Source: Pseudobdellovibrionaceae bacterium (GTDB lineage: Bacteria > Bdellovibrionota > Bdellovibrionia > Bdellovibrionales > UBA1609). From it: DNA of 64,000 bases. The notes under the pieces were generated by a model that saw nothing but the letters and a program-made list of their open reading frames with translations, was not told the DNA's origin and made no database searches. Position numbers and translations under genes: made by a program. Below are positions 8,050-18,002 of this stretch, piece after piece; within the stretch, counting starts at the first letter, position 1; each line of letters begins with the position of its first letter. The stretch spans positions 14,775-78,774 of the forward strand of contig JAAOIK010000038.1 of NCBI GenBank assembly GCA_015163855.1, given 5' to 3'.

Positions 8050-9900
8050 ATGAAAGAAAACATTAAAATTTTATCCAATCAAACTGTTAATCAAATGGCC
8101 GCTGGCGAAGTGGTAGAAAGGCCTGCTCATTTAGTTAAAGAATTAATAGAAAATAGTTTAGACGCTAAAGCTACCTCTATTGAAGTGGTAATTGATGATG
8201 GTGGACAGTTTGTACAAGTTATAGATAATGGAGCAGGTATACAAAAAAATGATTTAGCTTTAGCACTAACTCCTCATGCCACCAATAAAATTAGCTGTAT
8301 AGAAGACTTATGGAAATTACATTCTTTTGGTTTTAGAGGAGAAGCTTTAGCTAGCATTTCGTCTATTAGTGATTGCAAAGTGTCTTCTTTTTTTGAAGGA
8401 CAAAAAAAGGCTTACAGTATTGATTCTAGTTTTGGAGCTATTTCTTCTCCGCAAATATCTGGAAATCAAATTGGAACCACGGTAGTTATTAAAAACTTAT
8501 TTAAAAATTTACCAGCAAGATTAAAGTTTTTAAAATCACCCGCTGCAGAAGTTACTAAAATTAAAGCAATGTTTAAAGCTTTAGCTTTGTCTTATTCTAA
8601 TGTCAGTTTTAAATTAAAAACAAAAAAAGAATTAGTATTTTTATTTTCTGCTCAAAAAAACTCAATAGATAGAGTGAAAGAGATTTTTAGTTTAGATTTT
8701 ATTTATGAAGCCAACTATAAGGATGAAGAATTTACAGTGCAAGCCTGGTATGCTAGCCCAGAACATACACAAAAAACTAGTAAGCAAATTTGGATTTTTG
8801 TACAAGATCGGTGGGTAAAAGATAGAGCCTTACAAAAAGCCATTACCGATGCGTATCGGCAGTTTTTAATGCACGGCGAATATCCTATGGTGGTTTTAAA
8901 AGTATTTTGTAAACCCGAGGATATTGATATTAATATTCATCCTTCTAAAGCAGAAGTAAAATTTCAAAACCCTGGAGGAGCTTATAAAGCGGTTTTACGG
9001 GCGTTAAGATCTAGCATAGAACGGGCCCCTTGGTTGCAAGACATATTAAAAGATAAAGGAATGAGTACTGTGCAAGAAAGTTCTTTATATAGTAGTTCTA
9101 ATTATTCTGTTAAAAAAAATTCACAAAAAATAGAAAATCTTTCTTTTAAAAGTGATAATTTTTTAAGTACCCAATATAATCAGTTACCAAAACATAATAC
9201 GGTTGTTTTAGAATCAGAAACCAATTACGAACCTATCTCTGTAGATTGCAAAGACGATTACAAAAAAGATTTTGTAAAAGATTCTTCCAACTCCTTTAAT
9301 AAAGATTCTAAAGAAAAACTTAAGTGGAAAAATTTACAAGTTTTAACACAGGTGGACTCTACTTATATTGTAACTCAATCTAATGAAGCTATTATTTTTA
9401 TTGATCAACATGCAGCTCACGAAAGAGTTTTGTTTGAAAGGCTTTACAAAAATTGGAAAGCTTCGAAAATTGTTAGTCAAAATTTATTAATTCCCATAGA
9501 GCTAAAATTTTCTAAAGAAAAAAATCAATTACTATTTGAGTATAAAAACGATTTAAAAAAATTAGGAGTATTTTTAAAAAAAATAGATAATACAATCACT
9601 TTAGCGGCTGTACCTCAATTTATAAAAGAGTCTTCTATTTTGGAGGCTTTTTCTTTAATGTTAGAGGAGTTAGAAGAGCAATCAGATTCTTTTGTATTAG
9701 AGCAAAAAATTAGTCATATATTTGCTACAATGGCTTGCCATTCTGCCATTAGAGCTGGAAAAATTTTAAACATAGAGCAAATGAAAGATTTGTTAGTGCA
9801 GATGGATGAAAATCAATCTAGTTTTTGCCCTCATGGTAGGCCTGTGTTTGTAAAATATCCTTTTTCTAAATTAGAAAAAGATTTTGGTAGAACAGTATAA
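8050..9900 (+). CDS. mutL: DNA mismatch repair protein MutL
   Basis: 616 aa. GHKL ATPase motifs AAGEVVERPAHLVKELIENSLDA and DNGAGI. The C-terminal domain carries FIDQHAAHERVLFE and CPHGRPV. Confidence 0.95.
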   Translation: MKENIKILSNQTVNQMAAGEVVERPAHLVKELIENSLDAKATSIEVVIDDGGQFVQVIDNGAGIQKNDLALALTPHATNKISCIEDLWKLHSFGFRGEALASISSISDCKVSSFFEGQKKAYSIDSSFGAISSPQISGNQIGTTVVIKNLFKNLPARLKFLKSPAAEVTKIKAMFKALALSYSNVSFKLKTKKELVFLFSAQKNSIDRVKEIFSLDFIYEANYKDEEFTVQAWYASPEHTQKTSKQIWIFVQDRWVKDRALQKAITDAYRQFLMHGEYPMVVLKVFCKPEDIDINIHPSKAEVKFQNPGGAYKAVLRALRSSIERAPWLQDILKDKGMSTVQESSLYSSSNYSVKKNSQKIENLSFKSDNFLSTQYNQLPKHNTVVLESETNYEPISVDCKDDYKKDFVKDSSNSFNKDSKEKLKWKNLQVLTQVDSTYIVTQSNEAIIFIDQHAAHERVLFERLYKNWKASKIVSQNLLIPIELKFSKEKNQLLFEYKNDLKKLGVFLKKIDNTITLAAVPQFIKESSILEAFSLMLEELEEQSDSFVLEQKISHIFATMACHSAIRAGKILNIEQMKDLLVQMDENQSSFCPHGRPVFVKYPFSKLEKDFGRTV

Positions 9901-9984
9901 TTATTTATATTGAAGTTAATGTGTATTATTACCTCGATATAATAAAAATTATTTTTTCCTAAAGTTAAGGAGTATGCAAAATCA

Positions 9985-10917
9985 ATGAAGAAAACTATTT
10001 TTATTCTAGGTTCCACAGGAGTTGGAAAAAGTCATTTAGCTTTAAAAATTAGCAAACAATTAAATATCAGTGACACCTCCACAGCTATTGTTAATGCAGA
10101 CAGCTTACAGTTTTATAAAAATTTAAATATTGGTACTGCTAAACCCACTCAAGAAGAGATGCTTTCTGTTCCTCATTTATTATTTGATTGTTTAAATTAC
10201 CCAAAAGAAGCTACGGTGGCGTGGTATTATAATCATTTTTTTTCTAACATAGAACAGCATAACTATAAAAATTTTTTTATAGTAGGGGGTAGTGGTTTTT
10301 ATATTCGTGCTTTAGAAAGTGGTTTGTATCCTAATTATGAAGTTAGTAGCCTCATTAAAAATAAATATGAAACAATGGGTAAAGAGAAAGGTGCTTTACA
10401 TTTACATAAAATCTTAAAAGAAATAGACGCTAAAAGTGCCGATGCCATTCATGGCCAAGATACTTATAGGCTAGTAAGAGCCCTATCTGTAATAGAAGCT
10501 AGTGGAAAAAGCTTATCAGAAATTAAGGCTCAATTTGCCATAGAAAAAAAGGAATTTCCTTATCCATTTAAAAAAATAGCGTTATTTGTAGAAAGGGAAG
10601 AGCTTAAGAAAATCGTTTTAAAGCGTATCCAGTTTATGCTTAAATCTGGGTTTATTGAAGAGGTAGAAGATATATTAAAAAAAGGCCAAGCCCATTGGAA
10701 ACCTCTGTCTAGTATTGGATATAAAGAGGTTCAAATGTATTTAAGGGGAGATCTAGATAAAAAGGGCCTTGAAGATTTAATATTAAGGTCCACTATGGCT
10801 TTGGCGAAGAGGCAAAGAACCTGGTTTAAAAAAGATAAAGATATCCAGTGGTTTCATGCCATTAATGAAATTAAGCAGGCTGAAAAAAGTATTTGTATTT
10901 TTTTACAAAAGGGTTAA
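9985..10917 (+). CDS. miaA: tRNA dimethylallyltransferase
   Basis: 310 aa with P-loop GSTGVGKS, MiaA-like SLQFYK.LNIGTAKP, and RQRTWFKK near the C-terminus. It follows mutL, as in many proteobacteria. Confidence 0.9.
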   Translation: MKKTIFILGSTGVGKSHLALKISKQLNISDTSTAIVNADSLQFYKNLNIGTAKPTQEEMLSVPHLLFDCLNYPKEATVAWYYNHFFSNIEQHNYKNFFIVGGSGFYIRALESGLYPNYEVSSLIKNKYETMGKEKGALHLHKILKEIDAKSADAIHGQDTYRLVRALSVIEASGKSLSEIKAQFAIEKKEFPYPFKKIALFVEREELKKIVLKRIQFMLKSGFIEEVEDILKKGQAHWKPLSSIGYKEVQMYLRGDLDKKGLEDLILRSTMALAKRQRTWFKKDKDIQWFHAINEIKQAEKSICIFLQKG

Positions 10918-10928
10918 ATAAATAAATT

Positions 10929-11492
10929 ATGCAAAAAGCATTTTTTCTTATTGTTGGACCTAGTGGAGTGGGCAAAACGTCTTTAATTAAGCGTCTTTTA
11001 GCGGATTTTCCTAATAAAATTTATGATACTATCACTTGTACTACGCGCTCTATGAGGCCTGGAGAGCAGGAAGGACAGCCTTATTACTTTTTAACAGACC
11101 AACGCTTTATGGAGTTAACCAAAGAGTCCTATTTTGCAGAGTGGGCTGTTGTGCATGGTTATAAGTATGGAACGCCTAAGGAAGAGCTAGAGAAAGCTTG
11201 GAAAAAAGGCTTTTTGATTATTATGGATATCGATATCCAGGGTGCTCAAACTTTAATGAAAAATTACGACTTGGTTAGCATTTTTATTCACCCCCCTCAT
11301 ATAGATTCTTTAATTAAGCGTTTAAATCAACGAGATGATGGAAAAGCGGCTAATTTAGAAAAGCGTATGGAAACGGCGATAAAAGAAATCGATTTGGCGC
11401 ATAAATGTAGCTACGAAATCGTTAATGACAACTTAGAAGATGCCTATGCTCAGTTGAAAAAACTGGTTGAAGAATCGTTAAATAGGCTTTAA
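10929..11492 (+). CDS. gmk: Guanylate kinase
   Basis: 187 aa with GPSGVGKTSL and TTRSMRPGEQEGQPYYF. It lies directly upstream of rpoZ. Confidence 0.92.
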   Translation: MQKAFFLIVGPSGVGKTSLIKRLLADFPNKIYDTITCTTRSMRPGEQEGQPYYFLTDQRFMELTKESYFAEWAVVHGYKYGTPKEELEKAWKKGFLIIMDIDIQGAQTLMKNYDLVSIFIHPPHIDSLIKRLNQRDDGKAANLEKRMETAIKEIDLAHKCSYEIVNDNLEDAYAQLKKLVEESLNRL

Positions 11493-11529
11493 GGTATAAT
11501 ACAAATACTGATAATCAGAGGATTAAATT

Positions 11530-11769
11530 ATGGCTCGTGTAACTGTTGAAGATTGTTTAGCTAAAATTCCTAACCGTTTTGCTTTAGTGGTTTTAGCAGC
11601 AAAAAGAGTAAGACAGATTTTAAAAGGAGCAGAGTTTACCGATGTGGCAGAGCCTAAAAATAAAGAAGTGGTTAACTCTTTAAGAGAAATTGCTGCTGAA
11701 AAAGTTTATAATAAAATTGACGAATCACAAGATGTTGCATCTAGGCAAATTGAGTCTGATTTAGTTTAG
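11530..11769 (+). CDS. rpoZ: DNA-directed RNA polymerase subunit omega
   Basis: 79 aa. [28 protein letters not shown] is the canonical omega N-terminus. Confidence 0.9.
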   Translation: MARVTVEDCLAKIPNRFALVVLAAKRVRQILKGAEFTDVAEPKNKEVVNSLREIAAEKVYNKIDESQDVASRQIESDLV

Positions 11770-11850
11770 TCTACAAAGTTCAAAATTCTTTTTTTTTTTA
11801 CCAATCTGACTAATTTTTGCCCTATTTTATGTTAAAAAGGCCTATTAGCT

Positions 11851-13335
11851 ATGCATATTTATAATACTCACAGTAAGCGTAAAGAAGTTTTTCAGCCCTT
11901 ACAAGAAGGGGTGGTTAAAATGTATATTTGCGGGCCTACGGTGTATAATTTTTTACACATAGGTAATTTTAGAGGCTTAATTTTTTTTAATACAGTGGCC
12001 TATTGGTTTAAGCATTTGGGTTTTAAAGTAGAATTTGTTTATAATTATACCGACATAGATGATAAAATCATTCAAGCTAGTATTGAAGAAAAAAAGACTC
12101 CTTTACAGTTATCCGAACATTACATTCAAGAATTTGAAAAAGATAAAAAGCAGTTAAAACTATCTTTTCAAGATATTCAACATCCTAAAGCTAGTGAGCA
12201 TATAATTAATATGATTACTTTTATACAAAATTTAGAAAAGAAAGGTTTTGTGTATGTATTAAACGCAAGTTTGTATTTTTCTGTAAAAAATTATTTAAAT
12301 TATGGGCAGCTAAGTGGCCGTAATTTAGAAGATAGTCAAATGGGAACTAGAGCTAAAACAGAAGAAGGAAAAAAACACCCTGCAGATTTTGTATTATGGA
12401 AGGCGTCTAAAGACGGTGAACCTTCATGGGATTACAAAAGCCTAAAAGATAATAAGATATATCCAGGACGGCCGGGGTGGCATATTGAATGCTCGGCCAT
12501 GTCTAAAGCATTATTAGGAGAAGAGTTAGATATTCATGGAGGAGGAATAGATTTATTATTTCCCCATCATGAAAATGAAATTGCACAAAGTGAGTCGTGT
12601 AATGACAAAACTTTTGCTAAGTATTGGATGCATAACAATATGATTAATTTTGGTGACAAAAAAATGTCTAAATCTTTAGGGAATATCATATTAGGCAAAG
12701 ATTTTATTAAAGAACACACAGGAGAAGTGCTAAAATTTTTAATGTTATCTGTTCATTACAGAAGCGAATTAAATTTTAATCAAAAAAGTATTGCTAGTGC
12801 AACTTATAACACGGCGAAATTTTATTCTGTATTAAATAAAGCAAATATTTTATTAGAAGGAAAGAAAGGGGATAGCAATCTTTTGTCCAAAGAAGATAAA
12901 GAGTTTTTTGCTACTACAGAAAAAAATATTACAGAAGCTTTTTATGATGATTTTAATACCCCTATGGTCTTTGCCGAATTATTTAAAATATTAAATGCTT
13001 TTCATGTAAAAACTTCTGAAGGAAAGCTAAAAGAAAAGCAAGCTTATGCTAACGCTTGTAAAACACTGCTTGTAAAAACAGGAAAATTTTTATCTTTATT
13101 TCAAGAAACTCCCAGTAGTTTTTTAACCGAATTGGATAATTTATTACTCAAAGAACAAAACTTAAACCCTAAAGATATTGATCAGTTAGTAGAACAAAGA
13201 ACTACCGCGCGTAAAAATAAAGACTTTTCTTTGTCGGATAATTTACGAAAAGAATTGTTACAAAAAGGCATTCAGGTTCAAGATTTAGCCAATGGCACTA
13301 GTATTTGGGAAGTAAATAAAAATAGCGCAAAATAG
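11851..13335 (+). CDS. cysS: Cysteine--tRNA ligase
   Basis: 494 aa, class I. It has a HIGH-type motif (FLHIGNFRG) and the KMSKS motif (KKMSKSLGN). Confidence 0.95.
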   Translation: MHIYNTHSKRKEVFQPLQEGVVKMYICGPTVYNFLHIGNFRGLIFFNTVAYWFKHLGFKVEFVYNYTDIDDKIIQASIEEKKTPLQLSEHYIQEFEKDKKQLKLSFQDIQHPKASEHIINMITFIQNLEKKGFVYVLNASLYFSVKNYLNYGQLSGRNLEDSQMGTRAKTEEGKKHPADFVLWKASKDGEPSWDYKSLKDNKIYPGRPGWHIECSAMSKALLGEELDIHGGGIDLLFPHHENEIAQSESCNDKTFAKYWMHNNMINFGDKKMSKSLGNIILGKDFIKEHTGEVLKFLMLSVHYRSELNFNQKSIASATYNTAKFYSVLNKANILLEGKKGDSNLLSKEDKEFFATTEKNITEAFYDDFNTPMVFAELFKILNAFHVKTSEGKLKEKQAYANACKTLLVKTGKFLSLFQETPSSFLTELDNLLLKEQNLNPKDIDQLVEQRTTARKNKDFSLSDNLRKELLQKGIQVQDLANGTSIWEVNKNSAK

Positions 13336-13383
13336 AAAGTAAACAGTGCTTTAAAACCTATTTTAGTGTATTTTTAAACAGGT

Positions 13384-15444
13384 ATGCCTAAAAATAACTT
13401 TAAATTACATTCTGAGTATAAGCCAGCAGGCGATCAAGTTAAAGCTATTAAACAAATTAATAGCAATATTAAATCCAATATCAAAGAGCAAACTTTATTA
13501 GGGGTAACGGGGTCAGGTAAAACCTTTACCATGGCTAATATTATAGAAAAAACAAATATTCCTAGTTTAATTTTAGCTCCCAATAAAACTTTAGCAGCAC
13601 AATTGTATGAAGAATTTAAAAATCTATTTCCCGAAAATGCCGTGGAGTATTTTGTGTCTTATTATGATTATTATCAACCAGAAGCCTATATGCCTACTAG
13701 AGATTTATTTATAGAAAAAGACTCTAGTATTAATGAACAAATTGATTTAATGAGACACTCTGCAACCCATTCTTTATTGGCAAGAAGAGATGTTTTAATT
13801 ATTTCTAGTGTATCTTGTATTTATGGTTTAGGTTCTCCTGAAGTTTACGAAGATATGGTTGTACAATTAGAAGTTAATCAAAAATATAATCGCAACGATT
13901 TTTTAAAAGAACTTATTCGTATTCAATATAACCGTTCAGATAATGATTTTCATCGAGGAACTTTTAGAGTTAGGGGAGATGTGGTGGATGTATTTCTTCC
14001 TTATGACGATCAAAAAGTTGTGCGTGTAGAATTTTTTGGCGATTTTATTGAAAGTTTATCTTTGGTAGCTGTTTTTGGAGGAAAATTGGTTAAAGAGTTA
14101 GACAAAGTTGCTATTTACCCAGCCTCTCACCATGTAACCAATGAAGAGAAAACTAAAAAGGCTAAAAAAACTATTGAAGAAGAGCTAAAAACAAGAATTA
14201 AATTTTATAAAGAACAAATGCACTATACAGAAATGGATCGTATTGAAAAAAGAACAGAATATGATTTAGAACTTATGCAAGAAATGGGTTTTTGTCCGGG
14301 AATAGAAAATTATTCTAGGCACTTTACTGGTAGAAAAGAAGGAGAAGCTCCTCCTACATTACTAGAGTACTTTCCTAAAGATTTTTTGTGCATTATTGAT
14401 GAAAGCCATGTAACAGTTCCTCAAATTGGAGGAATGTATAGAGGGGATAGAAGTCGTAAAGAGACTTTAGTAAACTACGGGTTTCGACTACCTTCGGCCT
14501 TAGACAACAGGCCTTTGCATTTTACCGAATTTAAAAATTTAACTAATAAAGTGATTTATGTTTCCGCAACGCCGGGAAATTATGAACTAGAGCAAAGTAA
14601 CGATAAAATTATTCAACAAGTAATTAGGCCTACGGGTTTATTAGACCCTGCAGTAGAGGTGAGGCCTGCTAGTAACCAAATAGACAACTTGCTAGAAGTT
14701 ATTAAAGACATTATTAAAAAAAAAGAAAGAGTATTGGTAACCACTTTAACGAAAAAAAGTTCAGAATCTTTACAAGCTTATTATGAAAACCAAGGTTTAA
14801 AAGTAAAGTATTTACATAGTGAAATTAAAACAGTAGAGAGAACAGAAATTATTAGAGAACTACGCTTAGGGGTTTTTGATGTACTTATTGGCATTAATTT
14901 ATTAAGAGAAGGTTTAGATATTCCTGAGGTAAGTTTGGTAGCCATTTTAGATGCTGATAAAGAAGGCTTTTTACGATCAGAACGTTCGTTGATTCAAATC
15001 ATCGGAAGAGCAGCTAGAAATATAAATGGTAAAGTAATTTTGTATGCAGATACTATTACCAAATCTATGAAAAAAGCTATGGAAGAAACGCAGCGCCGTC
15101 GTCATATTCAAGAACGCTATAATGTAAAAAATAATATTACTCCAAAAGGAATAACAAAAGCGGTAGGAAAAAGTTTATTAGACATGTACGCTAGTATTTC
15201 TTCACAAGAGTATGCAAATACGAAAGCCGTTCAATCGGTGTCTGAAATGCATAAAAAATACGAAGTAAATACGGATTTAAAAAACACCTCCAATGCAAAA
15301 ATTTTAAAACAGATAGTTAAGGATAAGAAAAAATTAAAAATACAGATGCAGCAAGCCTCAAAGCATTTGGAATTTGAAGAGGCGGCTTTATTAAGAGACC
15401 AGATTAAAAAGTTAGAAGTATTAGAATTAAAAATTTTAGAATAA
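13384..15444 (+). CDS. uvrB: Excinuclease ABC subunit B
   Basis: 686 aa. Walker [10 protein letters not shown], helicase motifs, and a C-terminal UVR motif ([15 protein letters not shown]). Confidence 0.97.
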   Translation: MPKNNFKLHSEYKPAGDQVKAIKQINSNIKSNIKEQTLLGVTGSGKTFTMANIIEKTNIPSLILAPNKTLAAQLYEEFKNLFPENAVEYFVSYYDYYQPEAYMPTRDLFIEKDSSINEQIDLMRHSATHSLLARRDVLIISSVSCIYGLGSPEVYEDMVVQLEVNQKYNRNDFLKELIRIQYNRSDNDFHRGTFRVRGDVVDVFLPYDDQKVVRVEFFGDFIESLSLVAVFGGKLVKELDKVAIYPASHHVTNEEKTKKAKKTIEEELKTRIKFYKEQMHYTEMDRIEKRTEYDLELMQEMGFCPGIENYSRHFTGRKEGEAPPTLLEYFPKDFLCIIDESHVTVPQIGGMYRGDRSRKETLVNYGFRLPSALDNRPLHFTEFKNLTNKVIYVSATPGNYELEQSNDKIIQQVIRPTGLLDPAVEVRPASNQIDNLLEVIKDIIKKKERVLVTTLTKKSSESLQAYYENQGLKVKYLHSEIKTVERTEIIRELRLGVFDVLIGINLLREGLDIPEVSLVAILDADKEGFLRSERSLIQIIGRAARNINGKVILYADTITKSMKKAMEETQRRRHIQERYNVKNNITPKGITKAVGKSLLDMYASISSQEYANTKAVQSVSEMHKKYEVNTDLKNTSNAKILKQIVKDKKKLKIQMQQASKHLEFEEAALLRDQIKKLEVLELKILE

Positions 15445-15487
15445 TTCTATTTAAAATACGAGTGACTATTGCAATAAGTTATATATA

Positions 15488-15515
15488 TTCACACTTGTAT
15501 AGAAAAGGATACAAT
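15488..15515 (+). promoter_or_regulatory. Candidate sigma70-type promoter for the aldolase gene
   Basis: TTCACA (15488-15493), 16-nt spacer, TACAAT (15510-15515), then RBS AAGGAG (15520-15525) and the ATG at 15531. Confidence 0.3.
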
Positions 15516-15530
15516 ATATAAGGAGTAGTA

Positions 15531-16451
15531 ATGTCCCCTAGAGTTCGTGAAATTTTGTCATGGTATAATTCTGAAAACCCAGGTGTTTTAAATAACTTAG
15601 CTAGATTATTTAATCAAGGAGAACTGTCTGGTACAGGAAAATTAGTGATTTTACCTGTGGACCAAGGCTTTGAACATGGGCCCGTTCGTAGTTTTTCTAA
15701 TAATCCAGATGCTTATGACCCTGATTATCACTTTGGATTGGCTATTGAGGCGGGTTTAAGCGCCTATGCCGCTCCTTTAGGCTTTTTACAAGCTTCTAGC
15801 CCTCGTTTTGCTGGCGAAATTCCTTTAATTTTAAAAATGAATAATTCAGAAAGTTTATGGAGTGATGCAACAGCACCCATTCCTGCTATTACAGCCTCTG
15901 TGGATGATGCGTTACAATTGGGCTGTGTGGGCATAGGTTTGACCATTTATCCAGGCAGTGCAGATCGTAAGCAAATGTATGAAGAGGTTGCAGACATTTC
16001 TAAACAAGCCCGTGATAAGGGTTTAGTGGTGGTTATTTGGTCTTATGCTAGAGGTGAAGCTATTTCCAAACCTGGCGAAACTGCTATTGATGTTATTGCT
16101 TACGCGGCTCACATTGCCGCCCAATTGGGAGCACATATTATTAAAGTAAAACCTCCCACAGAACATATAGAGCAAGAAGCCGCCAAAAAAATGTATATAA
16201 AAAATGCTATAAAAATATCCTCTTTAGAAGATAGGGTTAAGCATGTTTTAGATTCTAGCTTTAACCAAAAGCGTATTGTTATTTTCAGTGGAGGGGAAGC
16301 AAAATCTGTGGAAGATATTTTAGCAGAAATTCAATCTTTGGCCTCGGGAGGAAGTTTTGGAAGTATTATGGGAAGAAATGCATTTCAAAGACCAAAAAGT
16401 GAAGCTTTAAGTTTATTAAAAAATATAATAAATATTTATAAAGGAAAATAA
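15531..16451 (+). CDS. fbaB: Class I fructose-bisphosphate aldolase, DhnA/FbaB (DeoC/LacD-fold) type
   Basis: 306 aa. The N-terminal region LVILPVDQGFEHGP and the later IIKVK (Schiff-base Lys region) are typical of the DhnA-type class I aldolase family. The exact substrate is not provable from sequence. Confidence 0.7.
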   Translation: MSPRVREILSWYNSENPGVLNNLARLFNQGELSGTGKLVILPVDQGFEHGPVRSFSNNPDAYDPDYHFGLAIEAGLSAYAAPLGFLQASSPRFAGEIPLILKMNNSESLWSDATAPIPAITASVDDALQLGCVGIGLTIYPGSADRKQMYEEVADISKQARDKGLVVVIWSYARGEAISKPGETAIDVIAYAAHIAAQLGAHIIKVKPPTEHIEQEAAKKMYIKNAIKISSLEDRVKHVLDSSFNQKRIVIFSGGEAKSVEDILAEIQSLASGGSFGSIMGRNAFQRPKSEALSLLKNIINIYKGK

Positions 16452-16480
16452 ATTAGTAATCAGTAAAAGGTAAGAGAACT

Positions 16481-17977
16481 ATGAAAGAAAATCCGTTAAA
16501 ACTAGAGAAGCAAAAAAAATTACAAAGGCTAAAAGAAGCAGGCATTAATGCTTTTCCTCATAATTTTTCTAAAACCCATATGACTAAAGCGGTTTTTGAT
16601 AAATATAGTGATATTCAAACAGGAGAGTCTTTACCAGAGGTGCGATTAGTGGTTGCAGGCCGAGTAATGACTAAAAGAGATATGGGAAAGGCTGCGTTTT
16701 TTACTATTCAAGACGATAGTGGAAAAATTCAAATCTATATAAAAGTTACAGAATTAGAAAGCAGTCTAGCCACCAATTTAGATTCTGAAAAACAGCAATT
16801 GAGTTTTAAAAACTTAGACATTGGCGATATTGTGGGTATTGAAGGCTATCCTTTTAAGACAAAAAAAGGAGAACTTTCTGTTCGTGCTAAAAGTTTTCAA
16901 ATTTTATGTAAAAGCTTAGAACCTCTTCCAGAAAAATTTCACGGTTTAACAGATATAGAATTAAAATACCGTTACAGACATTTAGATTTAATTATGAATG
17001 AAGAATCTAAAGCGGTTTTTAAAACTAGATCTAAAATTATTAAAGAAGTAAGAAACTTTTTAGATAGTCGTGGTTTTTTAGAAGTAGAAACTCCAGTGCT
17101 ACAACCTATTTATGGAGGGGCTGCAGCAAAACCGTTTTCTACTCACCATAAAACATTAGATATGGAATTATTTTTAAAAATTAGTCCAGAATTATATTTA
17201 AAGCGATTAGTTGTTGGTGGTTTTGAAAAAGTTTATGAAATTGGTAAAAATTTTCGTAATGAAGGAATGGACAGAACTCATAACCCAGAGTTTACCATGT
17301 TAGAATATTATGAGGCTTACACCGATTATAATGATCAGATGAAGCAATTTGAAGAACTAGTTAGCACTGTGGTAAAAAATATTACGGGTAGTTATAAAGT
17401 TATGTTTCAAGATAAAGAAATTGATTTTACTCCTCCATGGGCAAAACTAACCGTTTATGATGGTATTAAAAAATATGCTAAATTTAATCCTGAAGATTTA
17501 AGTGATAAAGAGTTATTTGCAAAAATAAAATCTTTAGGTAGTGATTTAAAACCAAATATGTCGCGAGGACATATGATTATGGAAGCTTTCGAGTTAACTG
17601 CAGAAGAGCATTTATGGCAACCCACTTTTATTATGGATTTTCCTAAATCGGTTTCGCCTTTAACAAAAACTCACCGTAGTAAAAAAGATGTGGTCGAGCG
17701 TTTTGAACCAATGGTGGCTTGTATGGAATTAGGTAATGCTTATACCGAGTTAAACGACCCCGAAGACCAATTGGCTAGATTAAAAGAGCAAGAAGCTTCT
17801 CGTGTAGTTGATGACGAAGCCCAACCTATGGATAAAGATTTTTTACACGCTATTGAAGTGGGAATGCCTCCCACAGGTGGAGTGGGTATTGGTATTGAAA
17901 GACTGGTTATGTTAATTACTGGTCAAAGTAGTATTCGTGATATTTTACTTTTCCCTACTATGAAAAAAAACTCTTAA
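16481..17977 (+). CDS. lysS: Lysine--tRNA ligase (class II)
   Basis: 498 aa with an OB-fold N-terminal domain. Class II motif 2 is FRNEGMDRTHNPEFT and motif 3 is GGVGIGIERLVM. Confidence 0.95.
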   Translation: MKENPLKLEKQKKLQRLKEAGINAFPHNFSKTHMTKAVFDKYSDIQTGESLPEVRLVVAGRVMTKRDMGKAAFFTIQDDSGKIQIYIKVTELESSLATNLDSEKQQLSFKNLDIGDIVGIEGYPFKTKKGELSVRAKSFQILCKSLEPLPEKFHGLTDIELKYRYRHLDLIMNEESKAVFKTRSKIIKEVRNFLDSRGFLEVETPVLQPIYGGAAAKPFSTHHKTLDMELFLKISPELYLKRLVVGGFEKVYEIGKNFRNEGMDRTHNPEFTMLEYYEAYTDYNDQMKQFEELVSTVVKNITGSYKVMFQDKEIDFTPPWAKLTVYDGIKKYAKFNPEDLSDKELFAKIKSLGSDLKPNMSRGHMIMEAFELTAEEHLWQPTFIMDFPKSVSPLTKTHRSKKDVVERFEPMVACMELGNAYTELNDPEDQLARLKEQEASRVVDDEAQPMDKDFLHAIEVGMPPTGGVGIGIERLVMLITGQSSIRDILLFPTMKKNS

Positions 17978-18002
17978 AAAAAGTATTTGTTAAAAAACTA
18001 TA